Part shown: piece after piece, positions 19,598-28,925 of the stretch
How positions within the stretch are numbered: the stretch's first letter is position 1
Layout: each line of letters begins with the position of its first letter
Program-made: the position numbers and the translations under genes
NCBI GenBank assembly: GCA_018830725.1
Contig: JAHJRV010000094.1
Coordinates: forward strand, 30,628 to 94,627
Source: Actinomycetota bacterium
GTDB lineage: Bacteria > Actinomycetota > Humimicrobiia > JAHJRV01
DNA length: 64,000 bases
Direction of reading: 5' to 3'
Notes under the pieces: generated by a model
What the model saw: the letters and a program-made list of their open reading frames with translations, nothing else
Told to the model about the DNA's origin: nothing
The model's database searches: none

Positions 19598-21262
19598 TTA
19601 GTCAAGTTTTTTCAGTCTTTCATAAACAACAGTGCCACCATTACCTGCTTCATAAACTGTTTTGAAATTTTCCTTATATTTTTCAATTATCGGGTACACA
19701 TATTTCATAAAGCGCTCATTTGTTTTATCCTGTATTATAAAATTAGATTTATTCAAATACTTCTTTTGTTTTTGTTCATCATCACTATACGGAAATGCTA
19801 TTGTTTCCCTCCCGGTTAAAATATAAACTAAGAAATTACTCCTGCTAAGTATTGAACTACCATCATAAGAATTTTCCTTTAACCAATACATTGCATCATA
19901 GAAATTCTCCCATTGTTTGCTATATATAAAAATTCCCTTATTTTTGTAATCAAGGCTTTTTTTTATCACAAAATATCCACTATATGTACTTCCAACTAAA
20001 AATATAATAAAAGTTAATATTAAAACTGTTGATGCAAATATTTTAATTATTTTTTTTGTTGAAATTTTTAGTATTATCTTTTTAAAAAACAAGACCCCGC
20101 TTGAAAAAAGAATGATTAAAATAGGAATTACGCAAATTGTAAGTCTTTCTGATTGCCATGGCCACATAAGAAGTCCTACAAAGTAGAAAATAAAATATAA
20201 TATATAAATATATTTTCTCCTTTTTAAAAAATATATAATTCCTAAAATGACAAATATTATTACTACTAAAATTGCAATAAAATGTAAATCTTTAATTTTT
20301 AAAATTTCAAAAATATTTGAATTTTTAATTACAAAAATATTTCTTCTTAAAATATTTGAAATATTGCCTTTTAAAATATCTTTTAAGCCATTTGTCAGCT
20401 GCGAAAAAACTGCTTTAAAATAATAATCAAAATTTGATTTTGCTCTTTCAAAAAATTTTATAAAATCTATATCCCCTTTAGAATAATCACTAAGATTGAC
20501 TTTAAAGAACTCACTTACATAGCTAACTTTATTTGAAATTACTACTCTTAAGTTCCACAAAATAACTGGTACTAACGTAAATACAAAATAAATTCCTGAT
20601 CTAATTTTGTTCTCACTTAAAAAGATTTGTATAAAGATTGCAAGGATGATGAAAATACCAATTGGTCTAATTAAAAAAGTAAAGATTGAAAAAAATATCA
20701 ATAATAAAAAATTTTTATCTCTTAAATACTCACCAATAATATCATTGATTTTATAGATGTTTTTTTTCTTCTTCTTATTGCTATCATTGTTTTTATTTTC
20801 ACTACTTCCCCTATCATCAATGTTGGTATTATAATTATTATCTTTATTAATTTTCTTTTCTGTTAGACTAAAGAAATATAAAGTGATAAGAATAAAAAGA
20901 TTATATACAGTCTCTGTCATTACCTTAGATGAGAAGCTTAAAAGTTCAGGATGAGTTATAAAAAAAATTGTTGCCAGCAATAAAGTTAATCTATCCAGAT
21001 CCTTTTTTGCTACAAGGTAGAAAAATAAAACAGAGAGAATAAAACATGTAAAAACAATTATTTTGGAAACTATTAAGATGTTTACTTCAATAAATTTAGA
21101 ACCTAAAATAAAATAAAAAAATGATAATATAAGTGGAAAACCTGGATATGCCTTGTAATCAGGAGAATTTTCTGGATAATTTATCAGTCTAAATCCAGAT
21201 CCTAAAGAAATGGATTTTCCAAGTATCATATATCTTGCATTATCACCAAAACAAGACAACAC
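19598..21262 (-). CDS. polytopic membrane protein, possibly a GT39/GT83-like glycosyltransferase. Start is uncertain: GTG at 21262 or the ATG at M12.
   Basis: More than 10 TM helices and an internal Lys/Asn-rich low-complexity insert. No firm motif. Confidence 0.35.
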   Translation of the reverse strand: MLSCFGDNARYMILGKSISLGSGFRLINYPENSPDYKAYPGFPLILSFFYFILGSKFIEVNILIVSKIIVFTCFILSVLFFYLVAKKDLDRLTLLLATIFFITHPELLSFSSKVMTETVYNLFILITLYFFSLTEKKINKDNNYNTNIDDRGSSENKNNDSNKKKKKNIYKINDIIGEYLRDKNFLLLIFFSIFTFLIRPIGIFIILAIFIQIFLSENKIRSGIYFVFTLVPVILWNLRVVISNKVSYVSEFFKVNLSDYSKGDIDFIKFFERAKSNFDYYFKAVFSQLTNGLKDILKGNISNILRRNIFVIKNSNIFEILKIKDLHFIAILVVIIFVILGIIYFLKRRKYIYILYFIFYFVGLLMWPWQSERLTICVIPILIILFSSGVLFFKKIILKISTKKIIKIFASTVLILTFIIFLVGSTYSGYFVIKKSLDYKNKGIFIYSKQWENFYDAMYWLKENSYDGSSILSRSNFLVYILTGRETIAFPYSDDEQKQKKYLNKSNFIIQDKTNERFMKYVYPIIEKYKENFKTVYEAGNGGTVVYERLKKLD

Positions 21263-21400
21263 TGGATTAAATGCTAAAATAGCTAAGAATAATGCTAAAA
21301 GAAGTATAAATATTAACTCAAGGTTTATTCTTTTAATTTATAGCTCACCTTTTTAAATAATCAAAATCTTTTTAAGTACTGATTAATATTATTTAAGTTT

Positions 21401-22192
21401 TTATAATTTTTTTAATCTTTTTTTATAATTTATAATATCAATAAAGTCCTGTGCATTTAAACTTGCACCACCGACTAATACTCCATCTATCTCAGGTTGA
21501 ACCATAATCGGTACAATATTAAAAGGTTTTACGCTCCCACCGTATTGGATTCTTATTTTTTCGGAAATTATTGGAGAAAATAGTCTACTTATTCTTTGTC
21601 TTATGAATGAAATCATGAAATTAGCATCTTCAGGAGTTGCTGTTTTTCCTGTTCCAATTGCCCATATTGGCTCATACGCAATAACAATATTTTGAATATA
21701 ATCTTTATTTAAACCCTTCAAACAATTGTTCAATTGTTCCCTAACATATTGCTTCTGTCTTCCTAGTTCTCTAATTTTAAGAGGTTCTCCAACACAAAGG
21801 ATGGGGTTTATATTAACATCGAGTGCTTTTTTTAATTTTTTATTTATTAATTCATCAGTTTCATCAAAATATTGCCTTCTCTCAGAGTGACCAATTATGA
21901 CATATTCAACATTAAGTGCTTTCAACATAACTGGTGATATCTCACCTGTAAATGGACCTTCTGACATATAATGCATATTCTGAGCCCCTAATTTTATCTT
22001 CATCTTATCAGCTTCTATAACAATCTTAATGCTTCTTATTGCTGTAAAAGGAGGAATAACAACGACCTCAGCATCTAGATTTTTATCTATGCCATAATTT
22101 ATTTCCTGAACAAGTTTAACTCCCTTAAGATGAGTCTTAAACATCTTCCAATTTCCTGCTATTATTGGTCTTCTAATTTTTTCATTTACCAT
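21401..22192 (-). CDS. tpiA: triosephosphate isomerase
   Basis: Motifs IAGNWKM, IGHSERR, AYEPIWAIGTG and GGASL. Confidence 0.9.
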   Translation of the reverse strand: MVNEKIRRPIIAGNWKMFKTHLKGVKLVQEINYGIDKNLDAEVVVIPPFTAIRSIKIVIEADKMKIKLGAQNMHYMSEGPFTGEISPVMLKALNVEYVIIGHSERRQYFDETDELINKKLKKALDVNINPILCVGEPLKIRELGRQKQYVREQLNNCLKGLNKDYIQNIVIAYEPIWAIGTGKTATPEDANFMISFIRQRISRLFSPIISEKIRIQYGGSVKPFNIVPIMVQPEIDGVLVGGASLNAQDFIDIINYKKRLKKL

Positions 22193-22220
22193 TTATTTCC
22201 CTATTCTTAAAATTAACATT

Positions 22221-23405
22221 TTATTTGTTATTTAATGCTTCTACTGCTGGTAGTTTTACACCTTCAAGAAATTTTAATGATGCACCACCACCAGTTGTAA
22301 TGTAACTGATTTTATCTGCAACACTATACTTTTTTACTGCTGCTATTGTATCTCCTCCACCCACTATAGTTTTTGCTTTACTTTCTATAACTGCGTAGGC
22401 AATTTCCTTTGTTCCTTTTTCAAACGATTCCCACTCAAATACTCCCATCGGACCATTCCACAAAATGGTTTTTGCTTTCAATATCTCTTCTTTATATTTA
22501 TCGATTGTCCCTGGACCGATATCTAGTCCTAACCAATCCTTAGGAATCTCTTCTATATTTACTGTTTTAAAAATAGAATCATGTTTGAATTCTTTAGCCA
22601 CAACAACATCCTCTGGCAACATGAATTTCTTTCCCTTATCTTTAAATTCATCTAAAACTTGCTTACAGTATTCAAGCATCTCCTCTTCCAGTAAGGAATT
22701 CCCTATTTCAAAACCTATAGATTTTAAGAATGTATAACACATTCCACCGCCTGCAATCACAGTGTCAACAACATTTAAAAGATTCCTAACAACTCCAATT
22801 TTGTCTGAGATTTTACTGCCTCCTAAAATTGCAACAAAGGGATGTTTCGGTTTTTTAAGTAGAGAAGAAAGTGTTCTTAGTTCTTTTTCCAATAAAAGAC
22901 CCATCACAGATGGTATATATTTACAAATACCTACCATAGATGTGTGTTTTCTGTGTGAAGTGCCAAAAGCATCATTAACATATATATCTGCAAGTTCTGC
23001 AAGTTCCCTTGAGAAATTATCATCATTACTTTTTTCACGCGGGTCAAATCTTAGATTCTCTAAAAGTAAAATATCACCGCTTTTTAAATCTTTTACCTCA
23101 TTTTTAACCTTATCAGAAATAACATAATTCATCCTCTTTATTTCTTTATCAAGATGTTTACCTAAAGCTATTGCCACCGGATCCATTTTTAGTTTTTCTA
23201 CAAATTTACCTTTAGGTCTTCCAAGATGTGATGCAAGAATAATTTTCGCATTATTTTTTATTAGATAATCAATTGTTGGTAATGATGCTATTATTCTAGT
23301 CTCATCAGTAATATTGCTATTATCATCTAAAGGAACATTAAGATCTGCCCTAACAAAAACTCTCTTATTTTTAACATCAATATCCCTTATGGATTTCTTA
23401 TTCAT
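22221..23405 (-). CDS. pgk: phosphoglycerate kinase (start trimmed to MNKKSIRD with an aagga RBS)
   Basis: VFVRADLNVP, ASHLGRP and GGGASL motifs. The 13-codon upstream extension lacks an RBS. Confidence 0.9.
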   Translation of the reverse strand: MNKKSIRDIDVKNKRVFVRADLNVPLDDNSNITDETRIIASLPTIDYLIKNNAKIILASHLGRPKGKFVEKLKMDPVAIALGKHLDKEIKRMNYVISDKVKNEVKDLKSGDILLLENLRFDPREKSNDDNFSRELAELADIYVNDAFGTSHRKHTSMVGICKYIPSVMGLLLEKELRTLSSLLKKPKHPFVAILGGSKISDKIGVVRNLLNVVDTVIAGGGMCYTFLKSIGFEIGNSLLEEEMLEYCKQVLDEFKDKGKKFMLPEDVVVAKEFKHDSIFKTVNIEEIPKDWLGLDIGPGTIDKYKEEILKAKTILWNGPMGVFEWESFEKGTKEIAYAVIESKAKTIVGGGDTIAAVKKYSVADKISYITTGGGASLKFLEGVKLPAVEALNNK

Positions 23406-23495
23406 ACAACAATCCTTAAAATTTGTATTAAATTTATGCATCATATAAGAAATTAGGAGCTTTAAAAGCTCCCAATTTTTAAATATAATTTGGAA

Positions 23496-24500
23496 TTAGT
23501 AACCTTTTTTTGCAATGTATTTGATAAGGTCATTTACTCTCTTTGAGTAAGCCATTTCATTATCATACCAACCAAGAACTTTCACCATATTACCAATTAC
23601 CATAGTTGCTAATGAATCATAGACTGAAGAATACAGATTCCCTATTATATCGCATGAAACCAAGGGTTCATCACTATATTGCAAGATACCCTGAAGAGGT
23701 GGTTCTTCAGATGCTTTCTTCATGGCTTGATTTACTTCTTCAATTGTTACATCCCTTTCCAAAAAAGCAACAAAATCTACTATTGAACCATCATGAACTG
23801 GAACTCTCATAGCCATTCCATCCATTTTACCTTTAAGTTCTGGTATAACTAAAGTTGTTGCAATAGCTGCCCCTGTCGTTGTTGGAATTATATTCATTGC
23901 TGCTGATCTTGCTCTTCGTTTATCCTTATGTGGAGCATCTACCAAATTTTGGTCACTAGTGTATGCATGAATTGTTGTCATGAAACCTTTCTGAATCCCA
24001 AAATTCTCATGTAGAACTTTTGCTAATGGAGCAATACAATTTGTAGTGCAAGATGCACCAGATATAATATTATGATTTTCTGGGTTATACTTCTCATGAT
24101 TAACCCCCATTACTAAAGTAATATCAGGATTTGTTGCTGGTGCACTTATAATTACCTTTTTAGCACCTGCATCCAGATGTTTTTTTGCATCCTCTCTTTT
24201 TATAAAAAGTCCTGTTGATTCTACTACAATATCTACATCTAACTCATCCCATGGTAACTGAGCAGGATCTTTGACACAAAGAGCTTTTACCTTTCTATCA
24301 CAAATCGAAATTATATCATCATTAACTTCTACATTAGCTATTCTTCCATAGGTTGAATCATACTCTAACAGGAACGCTAAAACTTCAGGTGTTGTGATAT
24401 CATTAACAGCCACAAAGTCGATTTCCTTATCATCTATTCCAGCTTTAAAAACACATCTTCCAATTCTTCCAAATCCATTTATACCAACCCTTATTGCCAT
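23496..24500 (-). CDS. gap: glyceraldehyde-3-phosphate dehydrogenase (start at MAIRVGINGFGRIGR, RBS aaaggag)
   Basis: NAD-binding GINGFGRIGR and catalytic SCTTNC. The 43-codon N-terminal extension in the ORF track is non-coding upstream sequence. Confidence 0.9.
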   Translation of the reverse strand: MAIRVGINGFGRIGRCVFKAGIDDKEIDFVAVNDITTPEVLAFLLEYDSTYGRIANVEVNDDIISICDRKVKALCVKDPAQLPWDELDVDIVVESTGLFIKREDAKKHLDAGAKKVIISAPATNPDITLVMGVNHEKYNPENHNIISGASCTTNCIAPLAKVLHENFGIQKGFMTTIHAYTSDQNLVDAPHKDKRRARSAAMNIIPTTTGAAIATTLVIPELKGKMDGMAMRVPVHDGSIVDFVAFLERDVTIEEVNQAMKKASEEPPLQGILQYSDEPLVSCDIIGNLYSSVYDSLATMVIGNMVKVLGWYDNEMAYSKRVNDLIKYIAKKGY

Positions 24501-24671
24501 TTTATTTTCTCCTTTCTTTAAAAAATGTTTATAAAAAAATTTAAAAATTAATATTAAGGAAAATCTTATCATTTTACCAGATTCTTTAATATATTTAATG
24601 AGATTCTTCCCCTTTCCCTTCGCTACGCTCAAGGGTCAGGGTCAGAATGACAAATAAATAATAGATATCTT

Positions 24672-24751
24672 CTATAGGCTTTCTATTATTTCTATAGGTT
24701 TTCTATTATTTCTATAGGTTTTCTACTATTTTTATAGGCTTTCTACTATTT
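24672..24751. repeat. four tandem 20-nt units TCTATAGGyTTTCTAyTATT. The last unit overlaps the whiA stop codon.
   Basis: Read directly: 24672-24691, 24692-24711, 24712-24731 and 24732-24751, with 1-2 substitutions per unit. Confidence 0.85.
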
Positions 24752-25670
24752 TTTGTATCCTTCTTAATCTATTATTAACTGCAGATTTTGAAATTATTTT
24801 CGAACTCAGTTTCCCCAACTCTGATAAAGATGCTTGAGGATACTCAAGTCTAATATAAGAAATTTCCCTAAGAGCTTCTGGAAGCAAATCAAGACCTATA
24901 GAATTATCTATTTTTATAATATTATCAATCTGTTTATAAGATGCTTTTATAGTTTTATTAAGATTTGCTGCTTCAAAATTAACAATTCTTCTTATATAAC
25001 TTTTCGCTTCTTTTAATACTTTAATGCTTTCCAAATTTAAAACTGTTCCATGAGCTACAATTAATTTAAGAAAATTAAAAATATCCTCACTCTTTTTTAG
25101 ATAAACAACAAAAAATCCTCTTCTTTTGTATATCTTAGGATTAATATGAAATCCGTTAAGAATTTTTAATATATATTTTGCATCATCTTGGCTGTTAGTT
25201 AAGATCTCTAAATGATATCCACTTTCTGGTTTTGATATATAACCTCTACTATAAAAACAGCTTCTTAAAAAAGAAATCTGACAACATTTTTTGCTAATTA
25301 AATCTGAAGATATTTTATCTCTTACCTCAAATTTATCATCTAAATATTTTAACATCTTTAGCAACTTAGCTGTTTTTTTCTGAAAAGGTATCTCTATAAA
25401 ATATCTCTTTCTTTTGTTCTTATAACTTTTAAATTTTGTATAAGTATTTATTTCTTCTTTAAATAGCTTTTTAATTAAAGTGATTATTTTCCGAGCAACT
25501 GAAGCATTTTCTGTTCTTATCTTCACACCAAAATTCTGTTTTTCTTTTTTTATAAGCCCGGACATTCTTATCACAACATATAGTTCTGCTTTTTGACAGC
25601 AAATCTTTTTTGGTATTTCCCGAGCTAATTCATCCTTTACGCAGGATGAGAAACTTTTAATTTTCCCCAT
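24732..25670 (-). CDS. whiA: sporulation/cell-division regulator WhiA (YvcL)
   Basis: 312 aa with LAGLIDADG-like N-terminal domains and a C-terminal HTH. It sits in the conserved position after rapZ. Confidence 0.75.
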   Translation of the reverse strand: MGKIKSFSSCVKDELAREIPKKICCQKAELYVVIRMSGLIKKEKQNFGVKIRTENASVARKIITLIKKLFKEEINTYTKFKSYKNKRKRYFIEIPFQKKTAKLLKMLKYLDDKFEVRDKISSDLISKKCCQISFLRSCFYSRGYISKPESGYHLEILTNSQDDAKYILKILNGFHINPKIYKRRGFFVVYLKKSEDIFNFLKLIVAHGTVLNLESIKVLKEAKSYIRRIVNFEAANLNKTIKASYKQIDNIIKIDNSIGLDLLPEALREISYIRLEYPQASLSELGKLSSKIISKSAVNNRLRRIQKIVESL

Positions 25671-26539
25671 TATTGTAAATCCCTATGATTAATTATAACC
25701 TCATAACCTTGCTCTTTCAAAAAATTAAAAATTTCTTTAGCAATCACTGCAGATCTGTGTCTTCCCCCTGTACAACCAATTGCAATTTTTAAATAATTTT
25801 TTCCCTCTAAAATATATTTGGGTATGGTATAAGATAGTAATTTTTTAAAAATATTTAGAAACTTAGTGGTCCCTTTTTTACTTATCACAAAATCATAAAC
25901 TTCCTTATCTAACCCACTTTTTAACCTTAAAGATTCAACATAATTCGGATTAGGTAAAAAACGAACATCCATCACTAAATCGGCATCTTGCGGAATACCT
26001 AAACTATACCCAAAAGATACTACCTGTATTTGTATTCTTTTGCTTTCAAGACCTAAAATTATTGTGTTATTTATCCTATTTTTAAGCTCCATTGGAGTGA
26101 GATGAGATGTATCAATTACAATATCCGCTGTTTCTCTTAAAAATTTTATTCTTCCTTTTTCAATACGAATTCCTTCTAAAAAATCTGCTTTTTTTGCTAA
26201 CGGGTGTGTTCTTCTCGTCTCTTTAAATCTCTTAACTAATGTTTCTTCATCTGCTGATAAAAAAAGAATTTGATAATCTATATTTTTTTTATTTAAGTCT
26301 TTTAATACATTAGGTAGTTGATCAAAAAAATCCCTACTACGAACATCTATAACAAGTGCTAATTTATCAATTTTACTTCCTGGAAGTGAACATATATTTA
26401 TCAAATCTAAAATTAAGGATGATGGCAGATTATCTATACAAAAATAGCCTGCATCTTCAAAGCATCTCATAGCTAAGGTTCTACCTGCGCCAGAGAGTCC
26501 TGTTATTATTATTGTTTTTAAACCTTCACTTTTTTCCAT
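25670..26539 (-). CDS. rapZ: RNase adapter/nucleotide-binding protein RapZ (YvcJ)
   Basis: P-loop GLSGAGRT and C-terminal GCTGGRHRS motif. It overlaps whiA by 1 nt. Confidence 0.8.
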   Translation of the reverse strand: MEKSEGLKTIIITGLSGAGRTLAMRCFEDAGYFCIDNLPSSLILDLINICSLPGSKIDKLALVIDVRSRDFFDQLPNVLKDLNKKNIDYQILFLSADEETLVKRFKETRRTHPLAKKADFLEGIRIEKGRIKFLRETADIVIDTSHLTPMELKNRINNTIILGLESKRIQIQVVSFGYSLGIPQDADLVMDVRFLPNPNYVESLRLKSGLDKEVYDFVISKKGTTKFLNIFKKLLSYTIPKYILEGKNYLKIAIGCTGGRHRSAVIAKEIFNFLKEQGYEVIINHRDLQ

Positions 26540-26556
26540 AATTATTTCCTACAATA

Positions 26557-26967
26557 TTATTTTTGTTTATCTTTTAATAATTTATATAAAACAGAATTTA
26601 TAATACTTATTGCCAGTGCTCCAAGAAAATATCCCCAGAAGCCAAATACAGAAAATCCCTCAACGAAGTGATCCACGATCCAGAGCATTGCAGCATTTAT
26701 TATTAAAGAAAAAAGACCTAATGTTAAAATATTTATAGGAAGTGTTAAAACCTTAACTATAGGTCTGATTATTAAATTTACTAATGCCAAAACAATTGCT
26801 GTGAAAAGGGCTGATAATAGTTTAGCATTACCTTCACCCTCAAGATGAATCATATTATCAGGAAATATATAAGTAATTATAATAATCGCGAGAGTTAAAG
26901 TTATTATCCTGATTAATATATTCTTCATAAGTAATCCTCCTCCCAATAACAAGTTCACTTTTTTCAA
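26557..26967 (-). CDS. small membrane protein, phage-holin-4-like (DUF360) family
   Basis: 136 aa with four TM helices. Family assignment comes from overall pattern only. Confidence 0.4.
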   Translation of the reverse strand: MKKVNLLLGGGLLMKNILIRIITLTLAIIIITYIFPDNMIHLEGEGNAKLLSALFTAIVLALVNLIIRPIVKVLTLPINILTLGLFSLIINAAMLWIVDHFVEGFSVFGFWGYFLGALAISIINSVLYKLLKDKQK

Positions 26968-27017
26968 AGAATAAGTATATCATATTAATTAAAATTAAAT
27001 GATAGTTAAAAATAGGA

Positions 27018-28925
27018 TTAAAAGCGGTGAAAATGTCTGTATATTCTTTGGACGACTTTAGAAGGTATTCCTTTAATATCATATAGTTCTTGAAGTGTCG
27101 CTTTTGCAACATATTCTGCTGAACTAAAATGTTTAATCAATTTTGCTTTTCTTTTTGGACCAACTCCATAAATTTTATCAAGAATTGATGTTATCATATC
27201 TTTGTTTCTAAGATTTCTGTGATAAGAAATTGCAAAGCGATGAGTTTCATCTCTAATATTTTTTAAAAGCAAAAGCGCTGATGAATTCTCTTGAAGTATA
27301 AGAGGATATTTCTTGTTTAATAAATGTATTTTATCAGGTTTTTTAGATAGTCCAATAACAAAGATATTTTCTAAACCTAATTCTTTTAAAACTCTTTTTG
27401 TAATTTGCAGTTGACCCTTTCCACCATCTATTATCACAAGATCAGGGATAAAATCAAATGCATTAAATTCTTTATATTCCTTTTTATAAACTTTATTATC
27501 TTTTTTATATTTATAGGTTTTTTCATCTATCTTATATGGATATACTAACTTTTTAAATCTTCTCTCAATTACTTCACTTATCATATGAAGATCGTCTTTA
27601 ACAGATATATTTTTTATTTTAAATCTCCTATATTGTGATTTCTTTGGAATACCATTTAAAAATACAACCATTGAGCCAACAGAATGAGAACCTGCTAATG
27701 TTGATATATCATAACATTCAATCCTATAAGGAATTGAACTAAGATTTAATCTATTTTTTAATGAAACAAGTGCATCTTTCTCCCTCATTTTTTTTAGCTT
27801 TTCCTTGTTCAGAAATTGCTTAATTTCAATTTCAGCATTTTTTTCTGCTAACTCTACTAATCTTCTTTTCTCCCCTCTTCTCGGAATCTTTATGTCAATA
27901 TATGTTTCCTTTTTCATGCTCAACCAATTTTTTATGATCTCCATTTCATAAATATTTGTTGATAAAATAATCTCCTTAGGATATCTAAAAGCTGAATTAT
28001 AATACTGTTTGATAAAGAAAGTAAGAAGCTCGCTTTTATCAAACTCTGATGTCTTTTCTAAAATAAAGCAATCTTTACCTAATAAAAATCCCCCTCTTAT
28101 TGTAAAAAGTTCAACACATGCTATGTCTTCGTTTAATACAACAGCTAATACATCAATATCCAGTCTTTTTATTGTTGCAACTTTTTGTTTCTGAGTAAGC
28201 TCATTTATTGCAATAAATTGATCTCTATATCTTGCAGCATCCTCAAATCTTTTTTCACTTGATGCTAACTTCATAGATTTCTCTAAACCTTGCTTGATTT
28301 CTTTTCTTCTTCCATTAAGAAATTGAATGATTATACTTATTATTTCTTTATATTCTGTTTTTTTTACTTTCCCAATACACGGAGCTAAGCATCTATTTAT
28401 ATAATAATTCAGACATGGTGAACTAGTCTTTTTTCCTGGCTTTGATCCTTTACAACCTCTAATTTTAAATTTTTTATGAATCATATCTAAGATTTTTCTG
28501 ACATTTTGAGGTCTTGTATAGGGACCAAAATAGATATAGTTTGGATTGGATGTTTTTCGTGTAAAAAATACCCGAGGATAATCTTCTGAAATAGAGATAG
28601 CAATATAGGGATATCTCTTATCATCTTTTAAATTCACATTATATTTTGGTCTGTGTTCCTTTATCAGTGTACTTTCAAGTATTAGTGCTTCAACTTCATT
28701 ATCAGTAACGATAAAATCTAATTTGTCTGTATGAGATAGCATATCAGTTATCTTTGTAGGTAGTTTTTGATACTTTTGAAAATAGCTTTTAATCCGTTTC
28801 TTTAAGGACTTAGCTTTACCAATATATAAGACTTCCTCTAAAGAATCATAGAATATATAAACACCTGGTTTATCAGGTAAATAATTTAGACTTTCTTTTA
28901 TCTTTGTTGGAGCTTTTCTAAACAT
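27018..28925 (-). CDS. uvrC: excinuclease ABC subunit C
   Basis: GIY-YIG N-terminus (GVYIFYD...YIGKA), UvrBC motif and C-terminal HhH. Confidence 0.9.
   Translation of the reverse strand: MFRKAPTKIKESLNYLPDKPGVYIFYDSLEEVLYIGKAKSLKKRIKSYFQKYQKLPTKITDMLSHTDKLDFIVTDNEVEALILESTLIKEHRPKYNVNLKDDKRYPYIAISISEDYPRVFFTRKTSNPNYIYFGPYTRPQNVRKILDMIHKKFKIRGCKGSKPGKKTSSPCLNYYINRCLAPCIGKVKKTEYKEIISIIIQFLNGRRKEIKQGLEKSMKLASSEKRFEDAARYRDQFIAINELTQKQKVATIKRLDIDVLAVVLNEDIACVELFTIRGGFLLGKDCFILEKTSEFDKSELLTFFIKQYYNSAFRYPKEIILSTNIYEMEIIKNWLSMKKETYIDIKIPRRGEKRRLVELAEKNAEIEIKQFLNKEKLKKMREKDALVSLKNRLNLSSIPYRIECYDISTLAGSHSVGSMVVFLNGIPKKSQYRRFKIKNISVKDDLHMISEVIERRFKKLVYPYKIDEKTYKYKKDNKVYKKEYKEFNAFDFIPDLVIIDGGKGQLQITKRVLKELGLENIFVIGLSKKPDKIHLLNKKYPLILQENSSALLLLKNIRDETHRFAISYHRNLRNKDMITSILDKIYGVGPKRKAKLIKHFSSAEYVAKATLQELYDIKGIPSKVVQRIYRHFHRF

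Noticed and set aside
19598-21262. Internal Lys/Asn low-complexity run (NKKKKKN) as a frameshift or slippery site
   Set aside because: The reading frame is continuous through the run. It is an AT-rich low-complexity loop, not evidence of a pseudogene.
22221-23444. PGK ORF with 13 extra N-terminal codons (MMHKFNTNFKDCC)
   Set aside because: The internal MNKKSIRD start has an aagga RBS and gives the normal PGK length.
23496-24632. Long-ORF version of gap with a 43-aa N-terminal extension (MSVAKGKGKN...)
   Set aside because: The extension is translated upstream intergenic sequence. The canonical MAIRVGINGFGRIGR start at 24500 has a good RBS and matches GAPDH N-termini.
24672-24751. Possible CRISPR array (short direct repeats)
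   Set aside because: Units are contiguous 20-mers with no spacers, there are no cas genes, and the array derives from the whiA 3' end. It is a simple tandem repeat.
26858-27112. 84-aa ORF bridging the DUF360 gene and uvrC
   Set aside because: It overlaps two better-supported genes and has Asn/Tyr-rich low-complexity translation.
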